Below, piece by piece: positions 27,563 to 38,291 of a DNA stretch of 64,000 nucleotides (the stretch's first letter is position 1; every line of letters begins with the position of its first letter). Source of the stretch: Minisyncoccota bacterium (GTDB taxonomy: Bacteria > Patescibacteriota > Minisyncoccia > Phycocordibacterales > CAIZLB01); NCBI GenBank assembly GCA_021734945.1, contig JAIPIA010000003.1, positions 28,895 to 92,894 of the forward strand, given 5' to 3'. Below the pieces are notes generated by a model that did no database searches, had not been told where the DNA came from, and worked only from the letters and a program-made list of their open reading frames with translations. A program made the position numbers and the translations under genes.

Positions 27563-28615
27563 TTATTCATCATCCTCTGCACTACCAACACCACCAGAAG
27601 CCTCAGCCGCGAGCAATGCATCTATAATAGGCTGTATATAACCCTCCATAATACCTCCCTTACCTTCTATATTGTGCCAGGACTGCTTTATACGATGATC
27701 TGTAATACGATCCTGTGGAAAGTTATATGTACGGATTTTTTCAGATCTATCACCTGTCCCAATCTGATCTTTTCTATTTTTAGCAAATTTACTTTCATCC
27801 TCTTCAATCTTTTTTTGCTCAAGTTTTGCAAGCAAAATCTGCATAGCTCGCTCACGGTTTTTAAGCTGACTTCTCTCTGATGTACATCGTACATCTATGC
27901 CTGTAGGCTTGTGTATTAACCGTACGGCTGTTTCTACCTTGTTTACGTTCTGACCTCCAGCTCCTCCTGAACGTGAAAGCTCCATTTCGATTTCTCCAGG
28001 AGGTACTTCAAAGTTAATCTTCTTTCTCATAGGTAAAATGGCAATAGAGGCCGTAGATGTATGAATCCGCCCAGACTTCTCAGTTGCAGGAATTCGTTGA
28101 ACTCGATGGATTCCCATTTCATATTTGAAATACTTATATATTTCTGGACCTCGCATTTCATAAGATGCTTGCTTGAAACCTCCAATAGAGGTCTCTGACG
28201 AATCTACTAGCCGTGAACTCCAACCTTTTGATTCAGTGTACCTCTGATACATAGTTGCAAGCTGACTAGCAAAAAGTGCAGCTTCATCCCCTCCTGCCCC
28301 AGCTCGAACCTCAAGAATAATCTCAGAAGGATATTGATCCGCTTCCTCTTCTTCTTTTACGATATCAGCCATTTTGTCCACCATTCCTTTTATTTGCTGA
28401 TCAAGAAGCGACATTTCTTCTTTAGCCATTTCTGCCATAGATGCATCATAATCTGGTGAGTCTGAATCTAACAACATCAAAGAAACCTCTTCTTTTTGTT
28501 TTAAGAGACGTTCATATTCATATGCAAAAAAACTTGTCTTGTGATTTTGTTTTAAATCTGCTAGTGGTTGTGGGAGTTCCATTTGATTTAGGTTTATTGT
28601 CGCATATTTTAGCAA
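27563..28615 (-). CDS. prfA: Peptide chain release factor 1.
   Basis: GGQ motif ([18 protein letters not shown]), RF1-type PAT tripeptide ([14 protein letters not shown]), and [15 protein letters not shown]. Confidence 0.85.
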   Translation of the reverse strand: MLKYATINLNQMELPQPLADLKQNHKTSFFAYEYERLLKQKEEVSLMLLDSDSPDYDASMAEMAKEEMSLLDQQIKGMVDKMADIVKEEEEADQYPSEIILEVRAGAGGDEAALFASQLATMYQRYTESKGWSSRLVDSSETSIGGFKQASYEMRGPEIYKYFKYEMGIHRVQRIPATEKSGRIHTSTASIAILPMRKKINFEVPPGEIEMELSRSGGAGGQNVNKVETAVRLIHKPTGIDVRCTSERSQLKNRERAMQILLAKLEQKKIEEDESKFAKNRKDQIGTGDRSEKIRTYNFPQDRITDHRIKQSWHNIEGKGGIMEGYIQPIIDALLAAEASGGVGSAEDDE

Positions 28616-28667
28616 AAGAAAAAACCGCTAACCCCATGAGAGGTTCTAGCGATTTCTTCCAGAAACA

Positions 28668-28898
28668 CTATTTCTTTGCTTTTGCTGCTTTTGCTCCGGC
28701 CGCTGCCTTTCGAGTGTTGAACTTGTCTACTCGTCCTGCTGAGTCTAGAACCTTTTCAGCACCTGTATAAAATGGGTGACATCTTGCACAGATTTCTACC
28801 TGTACTGACTCTTTTGTTGAGCCCATAGTATAAGTAGCTCCACATGCACATGTGAATACTGCGTTTGGATAATATGTAGGGTGAATATCTGCTTTCAT
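28668..28898 (-). CDS. rpmE: 50S ribosomal protein L31.
   Basis: MKADIHPTYYPNAVFTCACGATYTMGST...CARCHPFYTG. The zinc-ribbon type. Confidence 0.9.
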   Translation of the reverse strand: MKADIHPTYYPNAVFTCACGATYTMGSTKESVQVEICARCHPFYTGAEKVLDSAGRVDKFNTRKAAAGAKAAKAKK

Positions 28899-28938
28899 GA
28901 GGGCTACTATACCGTATTTTGATTTTTAAGGCAAGAAC

Positions 28939-30351
28939 CTAATTTCCACTCAAAATATCAATATTTGTCTGGATAGCCTGAACTCTAGCCATGACCTGAT
29001 TTCCATAAGAATTGCCTGTACCAGCACTACATGAACGGCCAGAATAATATCTACAAGCAGCATTTTTTTCATCTGTGAAAGCCTGTGAAGAGGCGCCCAG
29101 ATCTGCCAAATAGAAGCCTGAGGCCATGAATGCGTCTTGAGGATTCCAAGGGTCTGAAGCTGGTTTACCAAGAGCTCGGGCAATTTTACTCTGGAATAAT
29201 TTCCACGTAGACGGAATGAACTGTGCGGGACCCATTGCTCCGCCATATCCAATGTTTAGTGGACAAGAAACTACAGTTTTGTAAGGATCTCTTCCTAGTG
29301 CAGAAGTAATATCTAAGAAAGGCTGAACATCACGACTTGCCTTCATAAGGTTCGATACTGCAACACCACTATTCTTTTTAATACCTGCTCCTGTTGCAGG
29401 ATCTGTAAGATAACATTGTCCGACATTTGCTCCGAGATTACTTTCTTGTTGAATAATAGCCAATATAAATGCTGCTCGAGTACCTGTAATTGCACTCGCT
29501 GCTTTTGCATACGTAACAGCATCCCCAAACTTAATTGCTTCTACGTCTCGAAGCTTAAAAAGTTGATTTCTAATTTCTGCTGCTTTTTTGGTGTTATTGG
29601 CAATAACTGTCTTGTAATTTTGTTGCTGGTTTTTATTAAGAGCTAGTAAACTCTTCTTTTGTGTCTCTGCTCGTTCAATAACAGACTTTTCATTTTCAAT
29701 ACTCACTTTGGTATCAATTTCTTCACTTCGCTTAGTGTCAAGATCTTTTTTTACATTCTCATTTTCACTCTTGGCGTTTTTAATATCATACAAATGAGTC
29801 TGAAGAGATTGCTTAATTGATGCAAAAGAATCAAGATCAATAAAAAACTCAGAGATATTTTGAGTACTCAGCATAGCTTCGGCATAAGAAAAGTTATCTA
29901 TTTCTCGAGTTCGTTGAATTATTTGTTGAAGTGAATCTCTACCGTTATTAATACGAGTACTTAACGCTGTAATAGTATTTGATTTAACAGTTATATCTTT
30001 ACCTAATTTATTTATTGAAAGTTCTTTCGCTTTTATTTTTAATTGAGCTTGTTTTATCTTTGCATTTAAAACATCAATTTCGTGTTGATATTGTTTACCT
30101 TCGACGGCGGTACTATTGAGAATAGTTTGTTGCTGTTTAATCTGATTCTCAATATCAGCAAGTTGAGCTCGAAGGACAGCTTCTTGCTCAGGAGTGAGAT
30201 CCGTAGATTGAGCTTCAGCTATCTGTACAGACCAAAAATTATTCCCACTGATATTACCAATAGTAGAAACTACTATTGGTAGACAAAATACAGAAGCAAA
30301 AAACAAGCAAAATTTAATAACCAGAGAGAAAGGAACTGACTTTTTTAACAT
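28939..30351 (-). CDS. Membrane-anchored coiled-coil protein with a C-terminal lytic transglycosylase (SLT-like) domain.
   Basis: N-terminal TM segment, about 250 aa of Q/K/E-rich coiled coil, then an SLT-like domain with ILAIIQQESNLG (catalytic E-S) and GGAMGPAQFIPSTW. Confidence 0.6.
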   Translation of the reverse strand: MLKKSVPFSLVIKFCLFFASVFCLPIVVSTIGNISGNNFWSVQIAEAQSTDLTPEQEAVLRAQLADIENQIKQQQTILNSTAVEGKQYQHEIDVLNAKIKQAQLKIKAKELSINKLGKDITVKSNTITALSTRINNGRDSLQQIIQRTREIDNFSYAEAMLSTQNISEFFIDLDSFASIKQSLQTHLYDIKNAKSENENVKKDLDTKRSEEIDTKVSIENEKSVIERAETQKKSLLALNKNQQQNYKTVIANNTKKAAEIRNQLFKLRDVEAIKFGDAVTYAKAASAITGTRAAFILAIIQQESNLGANVGQCYLTDPATGAGIKKNSGVAVSNLMKASRDVQPFLDITSALGRDPYKTVVSCPLNIGYGGAMGPAQFIPSTWKLFQSKIARALGKPASDPWNPQDAFMASGFYLADLGASSQAFTDEKNAACRYYSGRSCSAGTGNSYGNQVMARVQAIQTNIDILSGN

Positions 30352-30427
30352 GAATTACATTATAACCAATTTATCCACCTTTTAAAAGAAAACCTCTGTA
30401 AAAAATATGAAGAAAATAAAGAGAGCA

Positions 30428-30458
30428 AAGAAAAACCACCAAACGGTGGTTTTTCTTT
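30428..30458. terminator. Rho-independent terminator after rplY.
   Basis: AAAAACCACC-AAAC-GGTGGTTTTTCTTT. Confidence 0.6.
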
Positions 30459-30503
30459 GCAACATTATGAAACTTAAGTTTTATAAGTATACAATCTCCA
30501 ATA

Positions 30504-31136
30504 TTATTCTGCTGGGATTTCCTCTTCTTCTTTCTTACCTTTCTTTTCTGAAATTTCAATCGCTGACATATCGATAGGTGCTGATTCTTCTTCAACTTCT
30601 TCTTTTGGAGCTGATACAAGAGCAACAACTTCTTCTCCATCGATCTCAGCAGTAACTCCAGATGGAAGTTTAATGTCTGAAACCTTAATTTGAGCATCGA
30701 AATCTACAAGAGACGATATATCTACCTCAATAGCATGTGGAAGATCTTTTGGCATAGCTTCGATCTCAAGCTCGTGAATAACTTTAATAAGTACACCTCC
30801 GAGAGTTTTTACAGCAGCTGATTCACCAATAAATTCGAGAGGAACGGCAACTTGTACCTTTTTACCTTTTTCGATAACGTAGAAATCAACATGAGTAACA
30901 GTATCTTTTACAGGATCTTTTGAAATGTCGTGAATAAGAGCGTCATGTTCCTCATCTAAACCTACAAGTGTAACAACACTAGACTCACCAGCTTGACGCC
31001 ACACCTTGATAAATTCTGGACCATTTACAGTAATAGGAGTAGACGCTGCCTTTGGACCGTAAAATACAGCCGGGATGTTACCTGCTGCTCGGACAACTGA
31101 TGCGTCCTCTGTTCGCTTTTGTATAGTTAATTTCAT
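30504..31136 (-). CDS. rplY: 50S ribosomal protein L25 / general stress protein Ctc.
   Basis: L25 N-terminal and Ctc C-terminal domains, with an acidic KKGKKEEEE tail. Confidence 0.85.
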   Translation of the reverse strand: MKLTIQKRTEDASVVRAAGNIPAVFYGPKAASTPITVNGPEFIKVWRQAGESSVVTLVGLDEEHDALIHDISKDPVKDTVTHVDFYVIEKGKKVQVAVPLEFIGESAAVKTLGGVLIKVIHELEIEAMPKDLPHAIEVDISSLVDFDAQIKVSDIKLPSGVTAEIDGEEVVALVSAPKEEVEEESAPIDMSAIEISEKKGKKEEEEIPAE

Positions 31137-31208
31137 AGTCCCCTGATTATATATATATTTTATAAAAAGGCAAATATCATGGAAGGATTAAATACCCTAC
31201 CTTTCACA

Positions 31209-31958
31209 TTAATATGAGTATGAGTCGCTTGAATTAAGGTCACCTTCGCCGTTTGTTACGCCTAATACGATATCTGCAACAGTGGCAGAATCACACTGAT
31301 TTGCTCCACCATCTGAGAATAATGGAAAGGGTGTTCCAGCAACAGTAACATTGTCTGCACAGATTTGTTTAAGAGAATCTAGATCCGTCTTACCTACAAC
31401 TACTCCCGCCTGTTTATTTATTCCACCGCTATATGTCTCTGTTACTAAAGACCCATACGCAGTAGCCATCGTTCCATCTAAAGATGCAAAATATTTATAG
31501 CACACCTGCCCTCTGTCATCTAATGGGTGCCTCGGCATTTTCCCAATATATTTAGGAACAAGAACTGTTTCCAAATTATCAAAATACTGACAATTCAAAT
31601 TTGAACTTGTATCAGCAAAAGCATAACGCACAAAAAGGTTACTCAAAAAAGAAGTAAACCTCTCTGTATTTGATTGAGTATTGTTGTTAGAGGCATTATG
31701 AGCTCCATTCACTGCTAACATACTAGTTATTGGATATAAATAATTATTGTCAGTAGCATACAATTCGAGGGCGTTTCTGACTTGATTCATATCACTCTTG
31801 ACTTGCGCATCGTAGGTTCGTTTTTTTGCAGAACCTAAAGAAGATAAGACAACTGACGCCAAAAGTGCAATAATCGCAATAACTACAAGAAGTTCAATCA
31901 ATGTAAAACCTTTTGAATTCTTATTTCTTTTTATTTTTTGTATATATAAATGACTCAT
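31209..31958 (-). CDS. Type IV pilin-like protein (long, about 249 aa).
   Basis: The class III signal is KGFTLIELLVVIAIIALLASVVLSSL. I chose the start MSHLYIQKIKRNKNS. The ORF track starts 78 nt upstream. Confidence 0.75.
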   Translation of the reverse strand: MSHLYIQKIKRNKNSKGFTLIELLVVIAIIALLASVVLSSLGSAKKRTYDAQVKSDMNQVRNALELYATDNNYLYPITSMLAVNGAHNASNNNTQSNTERFTSFLSNLFVRYAFADTSSNLNCQYFDNLETVLVPKYIGKMPRHPLDDRGQVCYKYFASLDGTMATAYGSLVTETYSGGINKQAGVVVGKTDLDSLKQICADNVTVAGTPFPLFSDGGANQCDSATVADIVLGVTNGEGDLNSSDSYSY

Positions 31959-32203
31959 TATTCTAAGTTTGTTATATGTATAGTACGAATAGATGGATCC
32001 TGACTTGATAAAATAGTGAGGAGTAAAGCGACACATATAATAATAATTATTGCGATTATAAGCATTTTATTTGCCTGTTGATCATTTTTAGCAATACCCA
32101 TTTTTAAAAGAAAGTTGACCAAAAAAGGTTTCTTTGGTTCTTCAAATTTTCTAAGGCTCTTATCGAGACCATTTGTATTATTAAATGATGTATATTCGCT
32201 CAT
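31958..32203 (-). CDS. Small hypothetical membrane protein.
   Basis: 81 aa with a C-terminal TM helix (MLIIAIIIIICVALLLTIL). Confidence 0.35.
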   Translation of the reverse strand: MSEYTSFNNTNGLDKSLRKFEEPKKPFLVNFLLKMGIAKNDQQANKMLIIAIIIIICVALLLTILSSQDPSIRTIHITNLE

Positions 32204-32211
32204 AAATTATA

Positions 32212-33162
32212 TTATTTAATCTTATTCATAATTCGAAGCTTTTCCTCAACAACTTTCTCGACAGCTTCTACTGAACTAGCTAGAAACTTATAAGGAGCAA
32301 CTTCATTTGGATTTTGTGCTAGAGAATCTCGGAGAGCATCTCTATATGCAACTCGAAGCTCTGTATTGTAATGAACCATAGAGATACCCGCTTCTACAGC
32401 TGCTGCAAGTTCTGTGTTACCAATGCCAGAAGCACCATGTAGAACAAGAGGGGCGTCTGTGCTCGCTGCGATTTCAGCAATACGCGCAATATTAAGTTTT
32501 GGTTGAGCATTTTTAACGATTCCGTGAATATTTCCTACTGCAGGAGCAAGTAAATCTATACCAGTCTCTCTCACAAAAGTTGAAGCATCTTCTGCTGTAG
32601 TCAAAGCAGATAATGCAATGTTTCCATTTTCATCTAAAGGAATTTCCGTTGGTACACCATCGAGTACCTTTGAAGATTTTCCAATATAACCAATCTCTGC
32701 TTCTACCAAGACTTCCGTAGGAAATCCTAATGAATTTTTTCCTGTTACATCCACATCCAAACCATTTGCACGTTTTTCATTAACTTCTTTTGCGTACTGT
32801 ACCGCTTGTCTCGTAAAATCAATATTTGCTTGGATATCAGTACCTGCATGATCAGTAATGACCATGTCGAACCCAGCATCAATAGCCTCTTTTACTCTTT
32901 CAAAACTATATGTGTGGTCAGCATTAAGAAAGATTGGATGATTTAATTTTTGTCGAAGAGAACGAACAAGTGCAGAGACCTGACTTACTCCAATAAAATC
33001 TCTCTCTCCCTCTGACACTCCAATAACTACAGGCACATTTAGTTTTCGTGCCGCCTTTACTATTCCATTTAGAGCTTCTACGTTTGAAATATTAAAATGT
33101 CCGATTGCAGCGCCGTTTTCTCTGGCTTCCTGAATATATTGTCGTAGTGTTTTCATATGCAA
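32212..33162 (-). CDS. fba: Fructose-bisphosphate aldolase, class II.
   Basis: LRQYIQEARENGAAIGHFNISNVEALNGIV...HGASG. Ketose-bisphosphate aldolase family. Confidence 0.85.
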   Translation of the reverse strand: MHMKTLRQYIQEARENGAAIGHFNISNVEALNGIVKAARKLNVPVVIGVSEGERDFIGVSQVSALVRSLRQKLNHPIFLNADHTYSFERVKEAIDAGFDMVITDHAGTDIQANIDFTRQAVQYAKEVNEKRANGLDVDVTGKNSLGFPTEVLVEAEIGYIGKSSKVLDGVPTEIPLDENGNIALSALTTAEDASTFVRETGIDLLAPAVGNIHGIVKNAQPKLNIARIAEIAASTDAPLVLHGASGIGNTELAAAVEAGISMVHYNTELRVAYRDALRDSLAQNPNEVAPYKFLASSVEAVEKVVEEKLRIMNKIK

Positions 33163-33286
33163 ATAGTACCATAAAGATACTCACAATATCTACATAATAT
33201 TACACAGGAAGTAGTATTAAATTAATCAAAACTGTGCAAAACATATCGTCAACTCTCTATATCTACTATGTTATACTCAATAACAT

Positions 33287-34357
33287 ATGTTTACATTCAA
33301 AAAGAAAAACACACCGGCAAATCCTGAGTTTATAGCTATAGGTGATTTAGTAATTGATGCTTTTATAAAACTTAAAGACGCGCACGAAATACCAAATGCT
33401 AGCAGTGGTGGCATGGAACTTTGTATGGTATTTGGAACCAAACTTCCTTTTGAATTTGCTGAAGAGGTTGTAGCTGTGGGAAACAGCGCGAACGCAGCAG
33501 TATCAGCGGCTAGACTTGGGCTTTCTACAGGACTCGTTGCGCATGTCGGAGATGATGAAAATGGACAAAAATGTATCAAAAAACTTGAGCAAGAAAAAGT
33601 TTCGACAAAATTTGTAGGTGTACACAAAGGTTTAATTACAAATTATCACTATGTGCTTTGGTATGGAACTGAAAGAACAATCCTCATTAAGCACGAAGAC
33701 TTCCCTCTTACACTTCCCGAAATAGCAGGTACTAAGTGGCTGTACCTCAGTTCCCTAAGTGAACACTCTCTACCGTTTCATAAGGAATTGATGGAATATT
33801 TAAATAAGCACCCTGAAATAAAAGTAATATTCCAACCAGGAACATATCAAATAAAATTTGGAGCAACAGCTCTTGCAGATATTTATAAACATTCAGAACT
33901 TTTCTTCTGTAACTTAGAAGAAGCACAAATCATTCTGAAAGAAAGCATGGGTGAAGCTATACATGGAGCTGACGGTAAACCAACTCGGGACATAAAAGTA
34001 CTACTCAATGGAATTCGAGCACTCGGACCAAAGCTCCCTGTCATCACTGACGGCCCACAAGGTGCATATACATATATAGTAGGTACTGATGGAGTCGAAT
34101 ACATTGGACATCTCTCAATATATCCAGATATTGCGCCACCTATCGAACGAACTGGTGCCGGAGATGCATTTGCTTCAACATTTAGTACAGCTATTGCCCT
34201 TGGTCTAAGTGTCGAGGATGCACTCAAATGGGGTTCAGTGAACTCAATGAATGTTTGCCAACACGTAGGCGCTCAAGCAGGATTACTTTCCCGAGAAATG
34301 ATTCTAGAGTATATAAAGAAAGCACCAAGTGATTGGAAACTAGAAAAAATCGCATAG
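33287..34357 (+). CDS. PfkB-family carbohydrate kinase (ribokinase-like).
   Basis: The C-terminal ATP-binding motif is TGAGDAFASTFSTAIALG. The specific substrate is unknown. Confidence 0.7.
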   Translation: MFTFKKKNTPANPEFIAIGDLVIDAFIKLKDAHEIPNASSGGMELCMVFGTKLPFEFAEEVVAVGNSANAAVSAARLGLSTGLVAHVGDDENGQKCIKKLEQEKVSTKFVGVHKGLITNYHYVLWYGTERTILIKHEDFPLTLPEIAGTKWLYLSSLSEHSLPFHKELMEYLNKHPEIKVIFQPGTYQIKFGATALADIYKHSELFFCNLEEAQIILKESMGEAIHGADGKPTRDIKVLLNGIRALGPKLPVITDGPQGAYTYIVGTDGVEYIGHLSIYPDIAPPIERTGAGDAFASTFSTAIALGLSVEDALKWGSVNSMNVCQHVGAQAGLLSREMILEYIKKAPSDWKLEKIA

Positions 34358-34419
34358 TCTACTAAATTAAAGGAAAATAAAAAATTGATAAATTTAAATT
34401 TATAATTGCACTAAATCGT

Positions 34420-36147
34420 ATGACCCAAATTCCACAAACATCAGAAAATACATCTAGTGAATCATTAAAAGCATTAGCAGAGCTCGTAGAAATACTTCAC
34501 CGTGAAGACATTGAATTTACAGATGACATGGACTTGCGTAATGAAAGTTCGAGAGACGCTAGTATTTTTACAAAGACACCGCAGATTATTATTTATCCAA
34601 GAAATTCTAGCGAAATAGGTACGGTTGTTAGGTCTATTTCAAAACCTCTTTCACTTTCAACAAGAGCTGGAGGTACATGCATGACAGGAGCACCACTCAC
34701 TGACAGCGTCCTACTGAACCTCACAAAACATATGGGGTATATAGAGGTTGATCCAAAAGCAAAAATTGCAATTGTAGAGATGGGAGCAATGTACAAGGAT
34801 ATAGAAACTAAAACTATGATAGACAACCTTTATCTTGCTTCTTATCCATCATCTAGAGAATTTTGTGGAATAGGTGGAATGATTGGAAACAATGCATCAG
34901 GCGAAAAGAGTCTTCGATACGGTGCTACTATTGATAATGTAATAAGTATTAAAGCGGTACTTCGTGATGGCTTCGAATATGAATTTGAGGAATTAAGTGA
35001 GAATGATTTTTTGAAAAAAACAAAATCTGAAGGATTTGAAGGAGAAATATATGCGTCTGTGTATGAAAGTATTTTGAAACACAAAAAAGCACTTGGTGAT
35101 TTACAAGAAAAACATCCGGTTAAAAAATGTGCTTCTGGATATAGAATTGATAGAGTTATTTCGGTACACAAAAAACAAGATGGAACTATTGAACATAGAT
35201 ACAATCTTGCTCCCCTTTTTGTAGGGAGTCAATCCACACTCGGAATCATTACAGAAGCAAAGATAAAGCTCACACGAAAGCAAGAACACAGAAAAATGAT
35301 TTTTATGGGAGTAAAAGAATTATCTGAATTACCTATTATTCTAAAGACGATTTTAAGTCACGACCCAGAAAGTGTAGAAACTTTTGACATACACACATTT
35401 GAGAGAGCTAAGACATTTCACCCTGAAGACACAAACCGTATTGAAAACTTGATTAATGAAGGTATAGCTAAACTTACAAATAGCCCTTCACCCAAAAATG
35501 AATCAATTAAAAAATTTGGATACACTCTATTTGTAATTGCAGAATTTGCTGGAGATATACAAGAGGTTGTATTTGAACAAGCTAAGGATACTGCAAAAGA
35601 ATTAAATGCACTCCATGATTTACACGTCTTCAATATAGACCACGACGATACAGAAGCATACAATAGTATTTGGAACATCCGACGAACAAGTTTCGGCGTA
35701 ATGCGTGATTTCAAGGACGGCACAAAACATGCAGTACCTTGCATTGAAGACGTGATTGTTCCTACATCAAAATTTGATGTTTTTATCCCTAAACTCATCA
35801 AAATATTGGAAGACCAAAATATTTTCTATGGATTTCATGGACATATCGGTGACGGATCTTTACGGATTATTCCTGTATTTGATCTTGCTGATTCTGAAGT
35901 AGTAGCAAAGATTGATACACTTTGTAGAAGTGTTTTTGAGCTTATAAAAGGTCTTGGAGGAAATATGAGCGCCGATCACAGCGACGGAATTATTCGTACT
36001 CCGTACTTGAAAGAATTTTATGGCGACGAAATTTACAATATTTTCGTTCAAATAAAAAATACGTTTGACCCTGAACATATTTTTAATCCTGGTAAAAAAA
36101 TAGGAGGCACAGTTGAAGATATCAAGAAAAATATAATTGAGGTTTAG
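34420..36147 (+). CDS. FAD-linked oxidase (GlcD / D-lactate dehydrogenase family).
   Basis: An FAD_binding_4 region (IIIYPRNSSEIGTVV...AGGTCMTGAPL) and a C-terminal FAD-oxidase_C region. Confidence 0.7.
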   Translation: MTQIPQTSENTSSESLKALAELVEILHREDIEFTDDMDLRNESSRDASIFTKTPQIIIYPRNSSEIGTVVRSISKPLSLSTRAGGTCMTGAPLTDSVLLNLTKHMGYIEVDPKAKIAIVEMGAMYKDIETKTMIDNLYLASYPSSREFCGIGGMIGNNASGEKSLRYGATIDNVISIKAVLRDGFEYEFEELSENDFLKKTKSEGFEGEIYASVYESILKHKKALGDLQEKHPVKKCASGYRIDRVISVHKKQDGTIEHRYNLAPLFVGSQSTLGIITEAKIKLTRKQEHRKMIFMGVKELSELPIILKTILSHDPESVETFDIHTFERAKTFHPEDTNRIENLINEGIAKLTNSPSPKNESIKKFGYTLFVIAEFAGDIQEVVFEQAKDTAKELNALHDLHVFNIDHDDTEAYNSIWNIRRTSFGVMRDFKDGTKHAVPCIEDVIVPTSKFDVFIPKLIKILEDQNIFYGFHGHIGDGSLRIIPVFDLADSEVVAKIDTLCRSVFELIKGLGGNMSADHSDGIIRTPYLKEFYGDEIYNIFVQIKNTFDPEHIFNPGKKIGGTVEDIKKNIIEV

Positions 36148-36193
36148 GTCCGAGAATAGTTTTTTAGTTGTACCTCGTGACACTTTGAAACCT

Positions 36194-37306
36194 TTAGCCT
36201 TTTCTCTTCAGTACCTTGGCTACCGCTTCACGTATATGCTCCTCCCCCATTCCATAATGTTTTATGAGTTCTGCAGGTGTACCTGATTGCCCAAACTTAT
36301 TTTCGACACCAACAAATTCCATGTGAGTTGGGAAATTTTTTGATAGATATTCAGCTACAGTACTCCCCATTCCACCAGCCACCTGATGCTCTTCGACTGT
36401 CACGAGAGCTCTGGTTTCTTTTGCAAGAGTCAGAACAGCATTCTCATCGAGAGGCTTGATAGTAGCAAGGTTCATTACTTTTACAGCAATACCTTTTTCT
36501 TCGTACTCATGAGCAATCTTTAGAGCTTGATATACCAATTGTCCACAAGCAATGATTCCTACATCATGACGAATATCGTGAGTTTCAGTATCAAGCTTGA
36601 ATGTTACCGTATTTGATCCACCATTTGTTTTTGACTTCATCGTAATAAATCGAGATTCGTCGAGTTCAAAAAAGATCTGCGCTTTACCAATTTCAAAAGG
36701 TGTTTCTTCTGTTGTAATAACCGGTGACTTCTCACGTGCAAGACGTAAATACACTGGAGTATCAGTACCTCCGCCTTGCCCTCCCTCTTGCTTACCCTCG
36801 GCGACACTTCGTGCTACTGCTTGAGTTGCCTTTCTTGCTTCTATTGCATCGCAAGGAACTATAACTGTCATATTTGGGATAACACGAGTAATAGCAATAT
36901 CCTCTATTGCTTGGTGAGTTCCACCATCTGGCCCAACAGATATACCGGCATGTGATCCAGCAATGATAACTTTTTGATCGTTGTAACAAATAGTTGTACG
37001 AATCTGTTCCCAATTTCGCCCAGGACTAAACATTGCATATGAGGTAATAAAAGGAAGCTTCCCCATTGCTGCCATACCAGAAGCAACTGACGCCATATTT
37101 TGTTCTGCAATACCTATTTCCAAAAAACGCTCTGGAAACTTTTTCTTAAATTCACCCATCTTTGTAGAATCAGTAAGATCAGCGCACAAACCTACAATAT
37201 TTTTATTTTTCTCTGCGGCATCAATAATACCCTGGCCAAATCCATCACGAATAGCCTTCTGTTCTACGTCTGTATCAAATATTTTTGGGTTAAGTATATT
37301 TTGCAT
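36194..37306 (-). CDS. tkt: Transketolase, C-terminal subunit (pyrimidine-binding plus C-terminal domains). This is the second half of a split transketolase.
   Basis: Transketolase Pyr-domain and C-terminal domain motifs. The gene lies immediately downstream of the N-terminal subunit gene. Confidence 0.85.
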   Translation of the reverse strand: MQNILNPKIFDTDVEQKAIRDGFGQGIIDAAEKNKNIVGLCADLTDSTKMGEFKKKFPERFLEIGIAEQNMASVASGMAAMGKLPFITSYAMFSPGRNWEQIRTTICYNDQKVIIAGSHAGISVGPDGGTHQAIEDIAITRVIPNMTVIVPCDAIEARKATQAVARSVAEGKQEGGQGGGTDTPVYLRLAREKSPVITTEETPFEIGKAQIFFELDESRFITMKSKTNGGSNTVTFKLDTETHDIRHDVGIIACGQLVYQALKIAHEYEEKGIAVKVMNLATIKPLDENAVLTLAKETRALVTVEEHQVAGGMGSTVAEYLSKNFPTHMEFVGVENKFGQSGTPAELIKHYGMGEEHIREAVAKVLKRKG

Positions 37307-37332
37307 GTGATTTAAAAAATTATCTGAGACAT

Positions 37333-38244
37333 CTAGATTTGAGGTGAATTGACTCGTGAGTTCACAGGCAACTCCGCACGTAGATCAGATAGTGCGACCT
37401 CAACTTGTTTTGCTTTTTCTGGTGCACCAGCTATATCTGAAATGCCCGGTGGTGTACCATGCCATTCAAAACGATGCTCCATATATGAGACGCCTTTTCC
37501 AGGAATAGTATGTGCAAGTATAACTGAAGGTTTTTCAAACATCGCTTGGGCTTCACGCACAGCACCAACAATTGCTCGCATATCATGACCGTCTATTTGA
37601 AGAACATGCCAGCCGAATGATTTCCATTTATCATACAATGGAGATAAAGGCATAATATCTTCGGTAAATCCATCAATCTGAATGTGATTTCTATCAACAA
37701 TAGCAATAAGATTTCCAAGTTTTTCTTTGCCAGCAAGCATCATCGCCTCCCAATTTTGTCCCTCATTGAGCTCACCATCTCCGAGCATACAATATATAAA
37801 TCGTGGAGTTACCTTTCCATAATCCATCCTATCTGCAATAGCCATACCAACAGCTTGTGAAAGCCCTGAGCCAAGAGGACCTGAACTTGTTTCAAGTGAT
37901 GGCAGAAATTCTCGATGTGGATGGCCTTGAAGTCGTGAGCCAAATTTTCGCAGTGTAAGGAGTTCTGACACAGGAAAATATCCTGAGTGGGCCATAGCCG
38001 AATATAACACTGGACAAATATGTCCATTAGACAAAACTAGTCGATCACGTTCTGGCCAATCAGGCCGCGCCGGATCGTGTTTTAAAATATTAAAATAGAG
38101 CGCTGTAAAAATATCTGCCATACCAAGTGGTCCACCAGTATGACCGGACTTTGCTTCTGCAAGCATTTCTATAATACTCACTCGAACATTACGAGCGTTA
38201 TCTTCGAGCATCTTAACTTGTTCATCTGTAAGAAACATATACAT
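37333..38244 (-). CDS. tkt: Transketolase, N-terminal (TPP-binding) subunit of the split enzyme.
   Basis: GHTGGPLGMADIFTALYFNILKHDPARPDWPERDRLVLSNGH. Confidence 0.85.
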   Translation of the reverse strand: MYMFLTDEQVKMLEDNARNVRVSIIEMLAEAKSGHTGGPLGMADIFTALYFNILKHDPARPDWPERDRLVLSNGHICPVLYSAMAHSGYFPVSELLTLRKFGSRLQGHPHREFLPSLETSSGPLGSGLSQAVGMAIADRMDYGKVTPRFIYCMLGDGELNEGQNWEAMMLAGKEKLGNLIAIVDRNHIQIDGFTEDIMPLSPLYDKWKSFGWHVLQIDGHDMRAIVGAVREAQAMFEKPSVILAHTIPGKGVSYMEHRFEWHGTPPGISDIAGAPEKAKQVEVALSDLRAELPVNSRVNSPQI

Positions 38245-38291
38245 GTAGTATAACAGATGTGTGCGAGAAATTATTTCGTATTATCCACGCC

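Noticed and set aside
30371-30697. 108-aa minus-strand ORF overlapping the rplY 3' end.
   Set aside because: It is Lys-rich and low-complexity, out of frame with rplY, and spans the terminator. It is not coding.
36597-37110. Several 68-75-aa ORFs inside and antisense to the transketolase C-terminal subunit gene.
   Set aside because: They overlap a high-confidence conserved gene on the other strand or in another frame.
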